This document shows positions 27,696 to 36,946 of a stretch of 49,990 nucleotides of DNA, one piece after another. The position numbers and the translations under genes were made by a program. Origin of the DNA: a virus; the IMG/VR virus record IMGVR_UViG_3300027690_000123, positions 1 to 49,990 of that record, one strand, 5' to 3'. Each line of letters starts with the position of its first letter. Position 1 is the first letter of the stretch. The notes under the pieces were generated by a model. The model did not search any database, had not been told where the DNA came from, and worked only from the letters and a program-made list of their open reading frames with translations.

Positions 27696-28388
27696 TTAGC
27701 TGGTCGCCGGGGCGGCGGCCCGATCGATAACTTCGATCTGGTGCGGCATGAAATCGGCGTTGGTTTTTGTCTCCTGATGCACGCCACGGAAACACTCGTA
27801 TTTCTCCGAGTAGCAGGAAACGACAAACAGTGTGCCGTTGAACTTGCTGCGGGGGTTGACAATCTTGACGATGTCACCGGCGCTGACGACCAGATCGGCG
27901 TCCTTGGGATCGATAGCAGATGCCAATTTGAGTTTGCCGTCGGCATCTTTCTTGAACAAAGCCGTCTTCAGCGCCGTATGTTGCCGGGGAGCGGATACTT
28001 TCACGGTGCCGGCTTCGGCCGGGGTTTCCGCTTTCGTGGGGGCGGCTTCTTTCTTGGTCCTGGGGCGGCCGCGTTTTTTCGCGGGGGCTGGGACCGGCGC
28101 TGCTGCCAGTTCCGGTTCGGCAGTCAGTGTTTCTTCTGCTGCCTTGGCCGCCGCTTCTTCCTCCAGGGCTTTCTCTGCCGCAACTTCGGCGGCTTCGAGT
28201 ACCGGAGCAGGCAAATCAATCGGCGGTTCCTCGGTCACCACTTCCGCGGTCACCGGGGCGGTTTCAAGTACCGGGGTGGCTCCGACTTCTTGAGCGGCTT
28301 GGCATTCTTTGTTGAGCTGACACTTTTTGCAATCGGCGTCGTTGGCGTCAAAAAGTTTTCCGAAACAAGGGGCTGTTGCTGTCGTCAT
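27696..28388 (-). CDS. Hypothetical DNA-binding protein: Cys4 module, Ala/Glu linker, AT-hook
   Basis: PCFGKLFDANDADCKKCQLNKEC; KKRGRPRTKK; AGGAG RBS. Confidence 0.75.
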   Translation of the reverse strand: MTTATAPCFGKLFDANDADCKKCQLNKECQAAQEVGATPVLETAPVTAEVVTEEPPIDLPAPVLEAAEVAAEKALEEEAAAKAAEETLTAEPELAAAPVPAPAKKRGRPRTKKEAAPTKAETPAEAGTVKVSAPRQHTALKTALFKKDADGKLKLASAIDPKDADLVVSAGDIVKIVNPRSKFNGTLFVVSCYSEKYECFRGVHQETKTNADFMPHQIEVIDRAAAPATS

Positions 28389-28434
28389 GGTCTTTCTCCT
28401 TTTTTGTGGGAATTTTGGAGGATCTTTGCACTCA

Positions 28435-28459
28435 TATAAATCTCAATTTTCTGTAAAAA
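28435..28459 (-). promoter_or_regulatory. Conserved 25-bp upstream motif (copy 1 of 4)
   Basis: TATAAATCTCAATTTTCTGTAAAAA on +; also at 31718, 37784 and 44278. Confidence 0.7.
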
Positions 28460-28467
28460 GATGACAT

Positions 28468-30480
28468 CTACGTCAGGGTCTTATAAAGATTGGCCATCAG
28501 GACTTCCGGGAACTGTTGCAGATCGTTCACCAGCAAATAGTTTTTGTAAAAATGCTTCGGTGCATCTGTCCTCATACCAAAGGCGACCAATGCCATCGAA
28601 GGATCACGTTCAAGATCTCTTACGACTGATCTTAGATGGGTGTTGAGGGTTCCCGATTTACACCGGCTGGCGCAGGGCATACCGTCCGACAAAACGAAAA
28701 GGATCTTTTTCCTTTCGGGGCGAGCCTTAAGCCGGGTTGCTGCAAACAGGACCGATTCACCATCATAATTTTCCCGGTGAGCGACCATTCCGCCAATTCT
28801 CTTTTTTTGATCCTGGCCGAAATATTCATCGAATTTCTTGAAATAGAATATGTCGAGGGTGCCCCAGCGGTTAAAGATCTTGCGATCACCTTCTGAGGGG
28901 GTATGCGAACTATGATCCCCGCTGAAACCAAGGATTTCAAAAGGGATGCCGATTTTGGTCAGTGTCTCGGCCATCAAAGCGGTCGTCTGACGGGTGATTT
29001 CCATCTTGCCACCCATCGAACCTGATAAATCGATCAGGATCGAAACGGCGGTATTGAGTTTGACGCCGTCTTTCCTGACCCGGTAAACCGAATCCGATGT
29101 CTTGGTTACGATCTGATGAAGTTGTGCGGGATTGATGATGCCTTTGCGCTTATTTCCGTCCCATCGGCTTCGTTTTTGCGAAAGCAAAATACGGGAAAGG
29201 CGGCCTCGCAATGTCGTTACGATCCCTGATAATTTTTCGGTCAAACCGTTGTAATAATCGAGATCAGCGTCTTTACAGGGATGGGGTTCAAACGTGTCTT
29301 TCTCTGTCGAATAGGGGCGATATCCGGACACCGTCTTGGCTGCATCTGAAATATCATGGCCAATAGAGGGAATTTCGCGCTCACCATCGGCGGCCAGGGC
29401 TTTTTCTAAGCGCCGCTTGAGTACCTTGGCAGCTTTGGTTTCTTCATCTTCCTCCTCCTCGGATTCATCTTCATCGGCGTCGGATTCATCTTCATCCCCT
29501 TCATCGGTATCAGGCTCCTCGGGTTCATCTTCATCGGATCCAAATGGGGAAAGAGGTTCCGGTTCTTTGTCTTCGGGTTCGGGTTCGGATTCATCCTCAT
29601 CCTCGGGTTCATCTTCATCGGAATCTTCCTCGGATTCCGGTTCCGGTTTGACGACTGTTATGGAGGTTGGATCATAAATTTCTTCCGGTTCGGGGGCTAT
29701 TTTGTCCCCTTCCGTATATGCTTCATCGGGGATGCCAGTTGCGTCCGGGTCGCCTTCTTCAATTATTTTGCTTCCTCGAACAACCACGCCGGGATCGATT
29801 TCATCACCGCCTCCGCCTTTTGGGCGGGAAACCAAACCCAATTCCGGTTCGTGAGCAAAGGTTTCGATTTTTTCCAAAATCTTCAGGGCCAGATCGTATG
29901 CATCTTTGGTATCGGTGAGCGATTCTGTTGCTTCGATCTCGGGGGCCAAATGCTCCAACAGGGGCATCACATCGCTGGCATATTCCAAAATAAATGGGTT
30001 ATCCCAACCGGTTTGGCAAATCAGGATAAAAAAGATCATGGTCCGGAAAATGGGATCACCACCGTCATCGATGTCACCGGCTTTAGCGGCGGCTTCCCAC
30101 CGGTCCTTGAGTTTCTTTGTCGTCAGATCGCGGGCTTTGTCAAAATTTACCCCGCAGCCACGGTACACTGTGGCCATCTTGCGTTCGATCCGAACATCTT
30201 CAACGGCGTTGAGGATGAATTTCACCGGCCGTTTTTCCTTGGCGCCTTTTTTGGCTGCGTCCTCGATCAAACTGAAGTCCGAAAAGAGGATATGGGCAAC
30301 TTCGTGGTCGAGATAACCACGAATCATTTCAACGAGTTTCCCCGGCAAGGTATCCGGTAGGGATGGCAGGACGATCAATTTTTTGGTAGCGAAACAATCC
30401 GAGCCCCGGAATATAACTTTGATCCGATAATTTTCGGTCAAGGCCGTTGCGATGTTTTCAATAACAGATCGGGCTATCAT
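28468..30480 (-). CDS. cobT: CobT-like metallopeptidase/VWA protein
   Basis: GYLDHEVAH (HExxH), NAVEDVRIE, acidic linker, LIDLSGSM MIDAS, ENYDGE, VLSDGMP. Confidence 0.85.
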   Translation of the reverse strand: MIARSVIENIATALTENYRIKVIFRGSDCFATKKLIVLPSLPDTLPGKLVEMIRGYLDHEVAHILFSDFSLIEDAAKKGAKEKRPVKFILNAVEDVRIERKMATVYRGCGVNFDKARDLTTKKLKDRWEAAAKAGDIDDGGDPIFRTMIFFILICQTGWDNPFILEYASDVMPLLEHLAPEIEATESLTDTKDAYDLALKILEKIETFAHEPELGLVSRPKGGGGDEIDPGVVVRGSKIIEEGDPDATGIPDEAYTEGDKIAPEPEEIYDPTSITVVKPEPESEEDSDEDEPEDEDESEPEPEDKEPEPLSPFGSDEDEPEEPDTDEGDEDESDADEDESEEEEDEETKAAKVLKRRLEKALAADGEREIPSIGHDISDAAKTVSGYRPYSTEKDTFEPHPCKDADLDYYNGLTEKLSGIVTTLRGRLSRILLSQKRSRWDGNKRKGIINPAQLHQIVTKTSDSVYRVRKDGVKLNTAVSILIDLSGSMGGKMEITRQTTALMAETLTKIGIPFEILGFSGDHSSHTPSEGDRKIFNRWGTLDIFYFKKFDEYFGQDQKKRIGGMVAHRENYDGESVLFAATRLKARPERKKILFVLSDGMPCASRCKSGTLNTHLRSVVRDLERDPSMALVAFGMRTDAPKHFYKNYLLVNDLQQFPEVLMANLYKTLT

Positions 30481-30500
30481 TGCTTTCTCCTTTTAAAGTG

Positions 30501-30523
30501 AAGGGGCGGGGAGCCCGCCCCTT
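30501..30523 (-). terminator. Stem-loop between cobS and cobT
   Basis: AAGGGGCGGG-GAG-CCCGCCCCTT. Confidence 0.5.
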
Positions 30524-30533
30524 ACCGGCGGGA

Positions 30534-31670
30534 TCATCCCCAAATCCGTTGAATTAATTCCTGAACCGTTTTCGAATCTTGGAATGGCAGGATGGATGTG
30601 CAGGAATAGGTCATCGCTTTCTTGGCATCACCCATCAGAACGTAAAGCTCTGCCCAGTTGATCAAGTCGCGGAGGGAATAAGGAACATCCAGGCGACCGG
30701 CTTCATACTGTTCCCGAATTTTCTTGGCGGTTTCGGTGAGCATTTTGGCTTCGTCATCCGAAATCGTGGGGAACTTTTTCTTGAGGATTTTCATCTCATG
30801 CTTCTGTTCGAGATAATCCAGTTTGACGCGGAGCTGGAACCGGGAAACAAAGGCCAGGTTTTGAATTTGGGTGCCTTGGTAATGGCCCTTGTCATCACCC
30901 AACCCGCAGGTGTTACTCGTGGCGATGATCCTGTACTGGGCATGACTGGTGACTTTGATTCCACCGGCTGCGGTGAGGACGAGATTTCCGAGGCGGCCGT
31001 CGTGCCGGCGTTCCAGAACCGGTTGATACATCATGCCGATTTCGGGGTTGATCGCATCCCATTCATCCATGATCATCAAAATGGGGCGGACCATGGAAAA
31101 GGGCAGGGGCCCTGGTTCGTACTCTGTGTTGCCATCCTTGACTTTCATCTGGCCGACGATGTCGTAGCTATACATATCGACATGGTGATTGATTCGCATC
31201 ACCGGGTAATTGATGCGGGCCGCGATCTGCTCGATCAGCGTGGTCTTGCCCGAGCCGGTGGGGCCGTGAACCATGGTCGGTTTGTTGAGCCGGAGGCCCA
31301 GCAAGATGATCTTGGTTGCCTCCGGGGGGAATTGATACTCCGGATCGATTTCGGGAACCAGCGTGTGACGTTCCACAAAGCCGGTGACGGTTTCCATCGA
31401 ACCCATGTCGATGCCGAAGTTTTCCTTGATGTTGAATTCGCATGCCGTCAGATTCATGATATCGACTTCTGCGGCCTCGGCGTGGCGTTTGGTTTGAATC
31501 ATCTCGGCAAGTTTGCGATCAAACAATTCGCTGGTCACCCGGGCGGTCGGATACCGGTCTTGATACTCTTGCAAAGTTACGCTGCAAGACGGTTCGCGGC
31601 CCCCAAGAAAATGGGGTTTCAAATTGTGGCTGGTGAATCCACATACTTTACAGGTGATCGGTTGATCCAT
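30534..31670 (-). CDS. cobS: CobS/MoxR-like AAA+ ATPase with N-terminal zinc finger
   Basis: CKVCG..H, HGPTGSGKTT, MIMDEWD, IATSNT.G, SRF, YSLRDLI. Confidence 0.88.
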   Translation of the reverse strand: MDQPITCKVCGFTSHNLKPHFLGGREPSCSVTLQEYQDRYPTARVTSELFDRKLAEMIQTKRHAEAAEVDIMNLTACEFNIKENFGIDMGSMETVTGFVERHTLVPEIDPEYQFPPEATKIILLGLRLNKPTMVHGPTGSGKTTLIEQIAARINYPVMRINHHVDMYSYDIVGQMKVKDGNTEYEPGPLPFSMVRPILMIMDEWDAINPEIGMMYQPVLERRHDGRLGNLVLTAAGGIKVTSHAQYRIIATSNTCGLGDDKGHYQGTQIQNLAFVSRFQLRVKLDYLEQKHEMKILKKKFPTISDDEAKMLTETAKKIREQYEAGRLDVPYSLRDLINWAELYVLMGDAKKAMTYSCTSILPFQDSKTVQELIQRIWG

Positions 31671-31717
31671 TTTCAGTTTCTCCTTTATGCGGTGGTTTTG
31701 AGGTGGGTTTTCCAGCG

Positions 31718-31758
31718 TATAAATCTCAATTTTCTGTAAAAATAAAGTAATCCATTAC
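31718..31758 (-). promoter_or_regulatory. 25-bp motif (copy 2) plus palindrome variant GTAATCCATTAC upstream of cobS
   Basis: Exact 25-mer at 31718-31742; palindrome variant at 31747-31758. Confidence 0.7.
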
Positions 31759-31776
31759 TGTGATAAAAGGGCGCAA

Positions 31777-32331
31777 CTAAATCAAAACCAGTGGTTTTCT
31801 ATCGATCTTTGGTTTGGGTTTACTCGATTTACCAAAAACGGGTTCATCCCAATCAAAACTTTCACCTGATTTTTCTTCTGTCTTTAACCAGGCGGCTTTT
31901 GCTTCTTCCCGTTTTACTTCTTTAGGTTTTTCGGCCTTGTCTGCCCAGGTTTCGATGTTCTTTATTTTTGGAGTTCCTCCTGCGAACAAGTGAGAATAAT
32001 CCCAAGCAAACTTGGCTATCATCAATTTAAGATCGTATTCAAAATGTTTTTCTTCATAAACGGTTGCATTGGATCCATCTGCTAATCTATACCCCTTTTT
32101 CAGTTTCTCCTTTATTTTTGCCATGAGCATTTTAAAAGCGCCGTGACAAGTCGGTTGAGGTTTTTCGTTTGATTGCCCAGGATGGCCAATAGGACCAAAG
32201 CTGGCGACAAATTTATATTTCGGTGGTGAGCCGGGTGCTTTTTCCCGATGAACTTGACCGAACCAAAATTTATTGGAAGTACCCATAGTACATTCCAATC
32301 TAATTTCTATAATGCGTTCCATCATGCCCAT
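31777..32331 (-). CDS. WGR-domain protein
   Basis: RLEC..GTSNKFW..SFGPIG..GQ..A..KIKEKLKKGY. Confidence 0.8.
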   Translation of the reverse strand: MGMMERIIEIRLECTMGTSNKFWFGQVHREKAPGSPPKYKFVASFGPIGHPGQSNEKPQPTCHGAFKMLMAKIKEKLKKGYRLADGSNATVYEEKHFEYDLKLMIAKFAWDYSHLFAGGTPKIKNIETWADKAEKPKEVKREEAKAAWLKTEEKSGESFDWDEPVFGKSSKPKPKIDRKPLVLI

Positions 32332-32344
32332 CTAAATATCCTTT

Positions 32345-32665
32345 CTATCTTCGGAGGTTGAGCATATAGCAAACCTCCTCAAAAGTTGCTTTTTGGAAAA
32401 GTGCTTTTTTCAGGTGGTCAAAGGCTAATTTATTGATGCAGGTGATATATGTGGCGGTATTGTAAGCGATAAAGATTTCGATCTTATCTTTCGATCGAAT
32501 GGCGTAACTAATCTGATCCGGCCCGTTCAGCATAAGGTTACGAATTGAATTGTCGTTCGAGAGCGTATAATAAAACCAATCTTCATCACAGACTTGCGGG
32601 GGATTAAAAGATATAGATTCGATCATAAAGCACTGTTCCTTGTCGTGAAAATAATCAATTAGCAT
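32345..32665 (-). CDS. Hypothetical protein (AT-rich)
   Basis: 106-aa ORF in operon orientation; start uncertain. Confidence 0.5.
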   Translation of the reverse strand: MLIDYFHDKEQCFMIESISFNPPQVCDEDWFYYTLSNDNSIRNLMLNGPDQISYAIRSKDKIEIFIAYNTATYITCINKLAFDHLKKALFQKATFEEVCYMLNLRR

Positions 32666-32702
32666 GAACCAAATTAATTACTTATATTTCAAGACACAAA
32701 AA

Positions 32703-32736
32703 ATCGATGGACTAAAAATAGAACAAGTCCATCGAT
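32703..32736 (-). terminator. Rho-independent terminator after the XRE gene
   Basis: ATCGATGGACT...AGTCCATCGAT inverted repeat followed by a T-run on the - strand. Confidence 0.65.
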
Positions 32737-32739
32737 ATT

Positions 32740-33057
32740 CTATTTCTTTTTCTTGACCTTTTCTAATAGCGGCAACAAATACGGTTCCATTTCAGGATGG
32801 ACATCACAAAGAGCGGTAAGCAAGAACTCTGTCGGATCGGCTTCGATGGCTTTGGCATATTCCAACCATTTTCCTTTAGCCAAGGGGAAAACGGAGTTGC
32901 CTGACTCAAGCATCCCGACAAAATTCCCGTACTTATATCCCAGTTCTTTGGCTAATTCGGCTTGAGTAAGCTGGTTGCTGTCGCGGTAAGCTTTGATCAT
33001 TTTGCCAACCCGATTCTTTGCCGCCGGCGGACCCACATCTTTTTTCTTGAGGACCAT
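32740..33057 (-). CDS. XRE-family HTH regulator (candidate repressor)
   Basis: GKMIKAYR..LTQAELAKELGY..NFVGMLESG; GGAGG RBS; two palindromes upstream. Confidence 0.85.
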   Translation of the reverse strand: MVLKKKDVGPPAAKNRVGKMIKAYRDSNQLTQAELAKELGYKYGNFVGMLESGNSVFPLAKGKWLEYAKAIEADPTEFLLTALCDVHPEMEPYLLPLLEKVKKKK

Positions 33058-33086
33058 GTCTTTCCTCCTAATTGGGGGTTTCAATC

Positions 33087-33127
33087 CCGATACAATGTAA
33101 TCAATTATATGTCAAGTTATTAATTAC
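33087..33127 (-). promoter_or_regulatory. XRE promoter: TTGACA (33115-33110) flanked by two operator variants (33097, 33116)
   Basis: GTAATCAATTAT and GTTATTAATTAC start 19 bp apart and bracket a perfect -35. Confidence 0.7.
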
Positions 33128-33134
33128 TATGATC

Positions 33135-33548
33135 TCATTGCAAGTTTTTAACTTGTTCGATGATGTTTTGACGAAGGATGTCTGACATCGATGTGGCGAT
33201 GGGTTTTCTCTGAACTAGCGGGGTTGTTCTTGGCTTCGGCAGTTCTGTTTTACCTTCATCATTGTGATCCACTTCGAATACCGGGGCTGCGGATTCAACA
33301 AATGATGTCTCTGCCGAAACCGGGCATCTCATGATCGGAATCGGTTTGGTCAATTTTTCCAGGTTGTCTTTGACATCGGCGATGGTGGAAATACGCATCG
33401 GAGCGATTGACCACAATTCCGATCCATAATGGGTGACGATCTTCTTGAAAAGGCAGTTTGATGTGGCGCACCTCCTTTTTTTGCAAACTTCCCAAAGCAT
33501 GGCTTGTTCAAGCCGGCTGCAATACAAGACCAATTTATTCAAAATCAT
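33135..33548 (-). CDS. Hypothetical protein
   Basis: GGAGG RBS directly after the gyrB stop; 137 aa. Confidence 0.6.
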   Translation of the reverse strand: MILNKLVLYCSRLEQAMLWEVCKKRRCATSNCLFKKIVTHYGSELWSIAPMRISTIADVKDNLEKLTKPIPIMRCPVSAETSFVESAAPVFEVDHNDEGKTELPKPRTTPLVQRKPIATSMSDILRQNIIEQVKNLQ

Positions 33549-33556
33549 ATCGCCTC

Positions 33557-36500
33557 CTAAATATCGATTTGAGCTTCGAGCGAATTTTTGGTTATGAATT
33601 CGGCCCGGGGTTCGACTTGGTCACCCATCAAAATCTGGAAAAAATCATCGCAATCCGAATCGCTGACATCCACCTGAATCAAAATCCGGTTTTCGGGGTT
33701 CATTGTTGTTTTCCAGAGTACCTCCGGCGGCATCTCGCCCAACCCTTTGAACCGGGAAACGACGGTATTCAGCCTGCTGTTTTTGAATTTGTCCAAGATC
33801 TCCTTGAGCTGTTTGTCGTTGAAGGCCCAGGCGGTCGTCTTACCGGCCTTGACCCGATAAAGGGGCGGCTGGGCGATATACAAATAGCCGCCGAGGATCA
33901 GTTCGGGCATGTGGCGGAAAAACAAGGTCAGCAGCAAAGTCCGGATATGACTATTGTGAACAAAAACACCTGATCCTTTGCCAGCACATACAAGAAAATT
34001 GTGATATTTTTCGACGGTAAGGTCATAAACAGGTATCGGTTCGGGTAGTTTCACTAATCGGATTGCCTTGACTTTGTGATTGTAATCTCTCGAAAAAAGC
34101 GCCGCTTCGATTACATTCCGGAAGCCCATTTTTTTCATCATATTTTCATATTTAGGAACTCCTGTTTTGGGTCGTTCTGATTCATAGGTAAAGCGGTTCA
34201 AAATACCATGTACTCTAAGTGCTCGGTTAATTACATTCACAATCCGAGTGGCTTGCATACGAAAAGCGATTGTTTTGTCCTCCCATTGTTTTTTGACATT
34301 TTTTGAAATGGATTCACCTCCACCATTCTTTAACCACTCTTGGTGTTTCTTTTTCATGTGGTTTTGATAATCGGGATCTTTCCACATCCGGATGTTCCGC
34401 TCCGTGGCAATGGCTCCGTGACAACCAGATTCATTATATTTTTGAAAAACCTCATAAACTTTATCATATACTCCTTCTCGGTGGAGCTGACGAATTCGCT
34501 CGCGTTGAAGTTCTGATCCGTTGTAATCGGTTACCAATGAAGATTTTTCCGCATGTAACGATCGATGCTTATTCGGGGCCATTGGCTCAAGATTCTCGGG
34601 AGTGTTGTTTTGAGGGTTTCCATCCTTGTGATGGACATCCAATCCATCGATATTATAAAAACATGAAGCAACATATCGATGGGTGGGGTATTGGTTTTTG
34701 TCAGCCGGAATATAAAGTTCTTCCCTGTTGGGGTTATAAGTGTTCTCTCCATTCAGCCGCCAAGTCATACGCATAAGCGACATGCCGGGAGTGAGTTTGT
34801 CGGTGCGGATAAATTCACCTGTGCGTAACATGAAGGGATGATTTTCAGTGGCTCGTATCGTACTCCCATCGTCAAGCATAATCTCATAGATCTCAGAGAC
34901 ATAACGGGTGATCCTCGCTGAATGTGCAACGGCTGGGATGTGACGACCATTGCCATCATCAGCCCACACCCAAAACCGCGTTGATTCTTTGGGGTAAAGG
35001 GTCGCAAGCTTCTCCATTGTCCGGTAGGTACCATCAAGCAGTTTAATTTTTGTGTCACCGGCCAAACAACCGTCCACATCGGCATCGGTCATGATGATCA
35101 CCTTATGGTATCTGAGGCGTCTAAGATCGACCGAACCGGTCCCGATTCCTAACCCTAAAGCCGCAATGATGGTTTGCACCTCTGTGTTTTTGAGAATGGT
35201 TTTAAGGTTGGCTTTCTCGCAGTTGAGAATCTTGCCTCTTAGCGGCAAGATCGCTTGATTTCGACGATCTCGGGCCTGTTTGGCAGAACCTCCCGCGGAG
35301 TCGCCTTCTACCAGAAACAGTTCGCGTTCGGCGGGGTTTGAGCTTTGGCAGTCGGTGAGTTTGCCAGGCAAGGTGTCTGCGCCCAGGTTGGCTACCTTCC
35401 GGGCGTTGTCTCTGGCCCGCTGGGCAGCCAGACGGGCCTTGGTTGCGTTGATGATCCGGTCGGCGATCAGTTTGAGCTGGTCTTTTTTGGCATTCTCAAA
35501 CCAATCGTTGAGCCCTTGGTAAACGATTGTACCTGTCACCGTTTGGGCGATCGATGTGCCAAGCTTGGCCTTGGTCTGCCCTTCGAACTGGGGTTGCGGC
35601 ACCCGGACGCTGACGACTGCAGCAAGCCCTTCTCGAATATCGTCGGCGGTGGGTTGCTCGAGGTTCTTCGGAATGTAGTTGGCCAGGAATTTAACGGCGG
35701 CCCGGGTCAATCCGGTTTTGAAGCCGGTCAAATGGGTGCCGCCTTCAATGGTGTTGATGTTGTTACAAAAGCTCCGGATTTCTTCGTGCGGGTTTTTCGT
35801 CCATCGAAGGGCAATGAAGCAATAAATGCCACCTTCGTTTCCGGATAACTGGATCGCGGCCGGCTGGATCTCTTTGTCGGAGCTGATGGCATCGACGTAA
35901 TCCACCAGACCGGCTTTGCTGATGAATTTGACCTCTTTCCCTTTGGAGCTGACGAAAATGATCTTCAGCCCGGGGTTGAGATAAGAAAGTTCCTTCAGCC
36001 GGGTGGCGATGATCTTTTCGTCGAAAACCGTGGTTTCAAATATGGTAGGATCAGGCCAGAATTGAACGCGGGTTCCGGTGCGGGTTCTCAATGTGGGTAC
36101 TTTGAGTAAACCCGTAACGGGGGTGCCGCGTTCATACGTTTGCTGGTATTCGGCTTTGTCCCGCCAAACGGTGACGAACAGTTTTTCCGACAAAGCGTTG
36201 ACGCAAGAGATACCGACGCCATGGAGTCCGCCAGAGGCACCATAGGCTTTCTCATCGAATTTACCGCCGGCGTGGAGCTTGGTCATAACGACCTGAACGG
36301 CGGGGACACCCTCTGTCGGATGGATGGCAACGGGAATGCCGCGGCCGTTATCTTCAACCGATATGCTGCCGTCAAGGTGATGAATGATGGTGACTTCGTC
36401 GCAATAACCGGCCATGGCTTCATCAATGGAGTTATCGACGGCCTCCCAAACCAGATGGTGCAACCCGGTGGGCCCGGTCGATCCGATAAACATGCCAGGC

Positions 36501-36562
36501 CGTGACCGAACAGGTTCGAGGCCTTCGAGGATTCTGATTGATTCCGCTGAATATTCAGGCAT
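33557..36562 (-). CDS. gyrB: Type IIA topoisomerase B subunit (GyrB) with intein
   Basis: LEGLEPVRSRPGMFIG, EAVDNSIDE, GGLHGVG, EGDSAGG, PLRGKILN, IMTDADVDG|intein|SHIRTLLLT, RFKGLGEM. Confidence 0.95.
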   Translation of the reverse strand: MPEYSAESIRILEGLEPVRSRPGMFIGSTGPTGLHHLVWEAVDNSIDEAMAGYCDEVTIIHHLDGSISVEDNGRGIPVAIHPTEGVPAVQVVMTKLHAGGKFDEKAYGASGGLHGVGISCVNALSEKLFVTVWRDKAEYQQTYERGTPVTGLLKVPTLRTRTGTRVQFWPDPTIFETTVFDEKIIATRLKELSYLNPGLKIIFVSSKGKEVKFISKAGLVDYVDAISSDKEIQPAAIQLSGNEGGIYCFIALRWTKNPHEEIRSFCNNINTIEGGTHLTGFKTGLTRAAVKFLANYIPKNLEQPTADDIREGLAAVVSVRVPQPQFEGQTKAKLGTSIAQTVTGTIVYQGLNDWFENAKKDQLKLIADRIINATKARLAAQRARDNARKVANLGADTLPGKLTDCQSSNPAERELFLVEGDSAGGSAKQARDRRNQAILPLRGKILNCEKANLKTILKNTEVQTIIAALGLGIGTGSVDLRRLRYHKVIIMTDADVDGCLAGDTKIKLLDGTYRTMEKLATLYPKESTRFWVWADDGNGRHIPAVAHSARITRYVSEIYEIMLDDGSTIRATENHPFMLRTGEFIRTDKLTPGMSLMRMTWRLNGENTYNPNREELYIPADKNQYPTHRYVASCFYNIDGLDVHHKDGNPQNNTPENLEPMAPNKHRSLHAEKSSLVTDYNGSELQRERIRQLHREGVYDKVYEVFQKYNESGCHGAIATERNIRMWKDPDYQNHMKKKHQEWLKNGGGESISKNVKKQWEDKTIAFRMQATRIVNVINRALRVHGILNRFTYESERPKTGVPKYENMMKKMGFRNVIEAALFSRDYNHKVKAIRLVKLPEPIPVYDLTVEKYHNFLVCAGKGSGVFVHNSHIRTLLLTLFFRHMPELILGGYLYIAQPPLYRVKAGKTTAWAFNDKQLKEILDKFKNSRLNTVVSRFKGLGEMPPEVLWKTTMNPENRILIQVDVSDSDCDDFFQILMGDQVEPRAEFITKNSLEAQIDI
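33953..35068 (-). mobile_element. Intein (372 aa) with HNH homing endonuclease
   Basis: Starts CLAGDT, has block B ATENHPF, HNH motif THRYVA..VHHKDGNPQNNTPENL, and ends VYDLTV..HNF..VFVHN followed by +1 Ser. Confidence 0.93.
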
Positions 36563-36574
36563 TTTGATTCCTTT

Positions 36575-36946
36575 CTATTTATACGCTTCGTCGATGAAAT
36601 CACTGGCGACTTCGGCGATTTTGTTCAGCCGGTCGATGGCTGCGTTTTCTCGTTCGATTTGTTTTTGCAACCGCCATTGCCAGGATTGGAATTGGGCCAA
36701 TACGACATCGGGTTCTGTCGCCGGGTCGGCGTCCCCAGTGGCGTCGAAAAAACCTTCATCGAGCACCCATTGGAGGTTTTCCGGATCCTCGAGAATTTTA
36801 TTCGTCAATTCCGTCAGCGTCAGTTTGAGGTTCGTCGTCCGGGTCGTGTCGCGGATGAAATCTGATGCGTTGTTTTCGGTAATGAGATAAAAATCAGCGA
36901 TGATGGCCAGGACTTTTTCGTTCAATTTTTTGGATTGGATTTTCAT
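36575..36946 (-). CDS. Hypothetical protein
   Basis: Likely start MKIQSKK (36946) with AAGGA RBS, ATGA-coupled to the upstream gene. Confidence 0.65.
   Translation of the reverse strand: MKIQSKKLNEKVLAIIADFYLITENNASDFIRDTTRTTNLKLTLTELTNKILEDPENLQWVLDEGFFDATGDADPATEPDVVLAQFQSWQWRLQKQIERENAAIDRLNKIAEVASDFIDEAYK

Noticed and set aside
29440-29650. DNA repeat element (TTCATC-rich tract)
   Set aside because: Explained by the Asp/Glu/Pro low-complexity linker of the CobT-like protein.
28468-31670. Cobalamin biosynthesis auxiliary genes supporting NrdJ
   Set aside because: No cobN or other cob genes are present; phage CobS/CobT-like pairs are generally MoxR-VWA chaperones.
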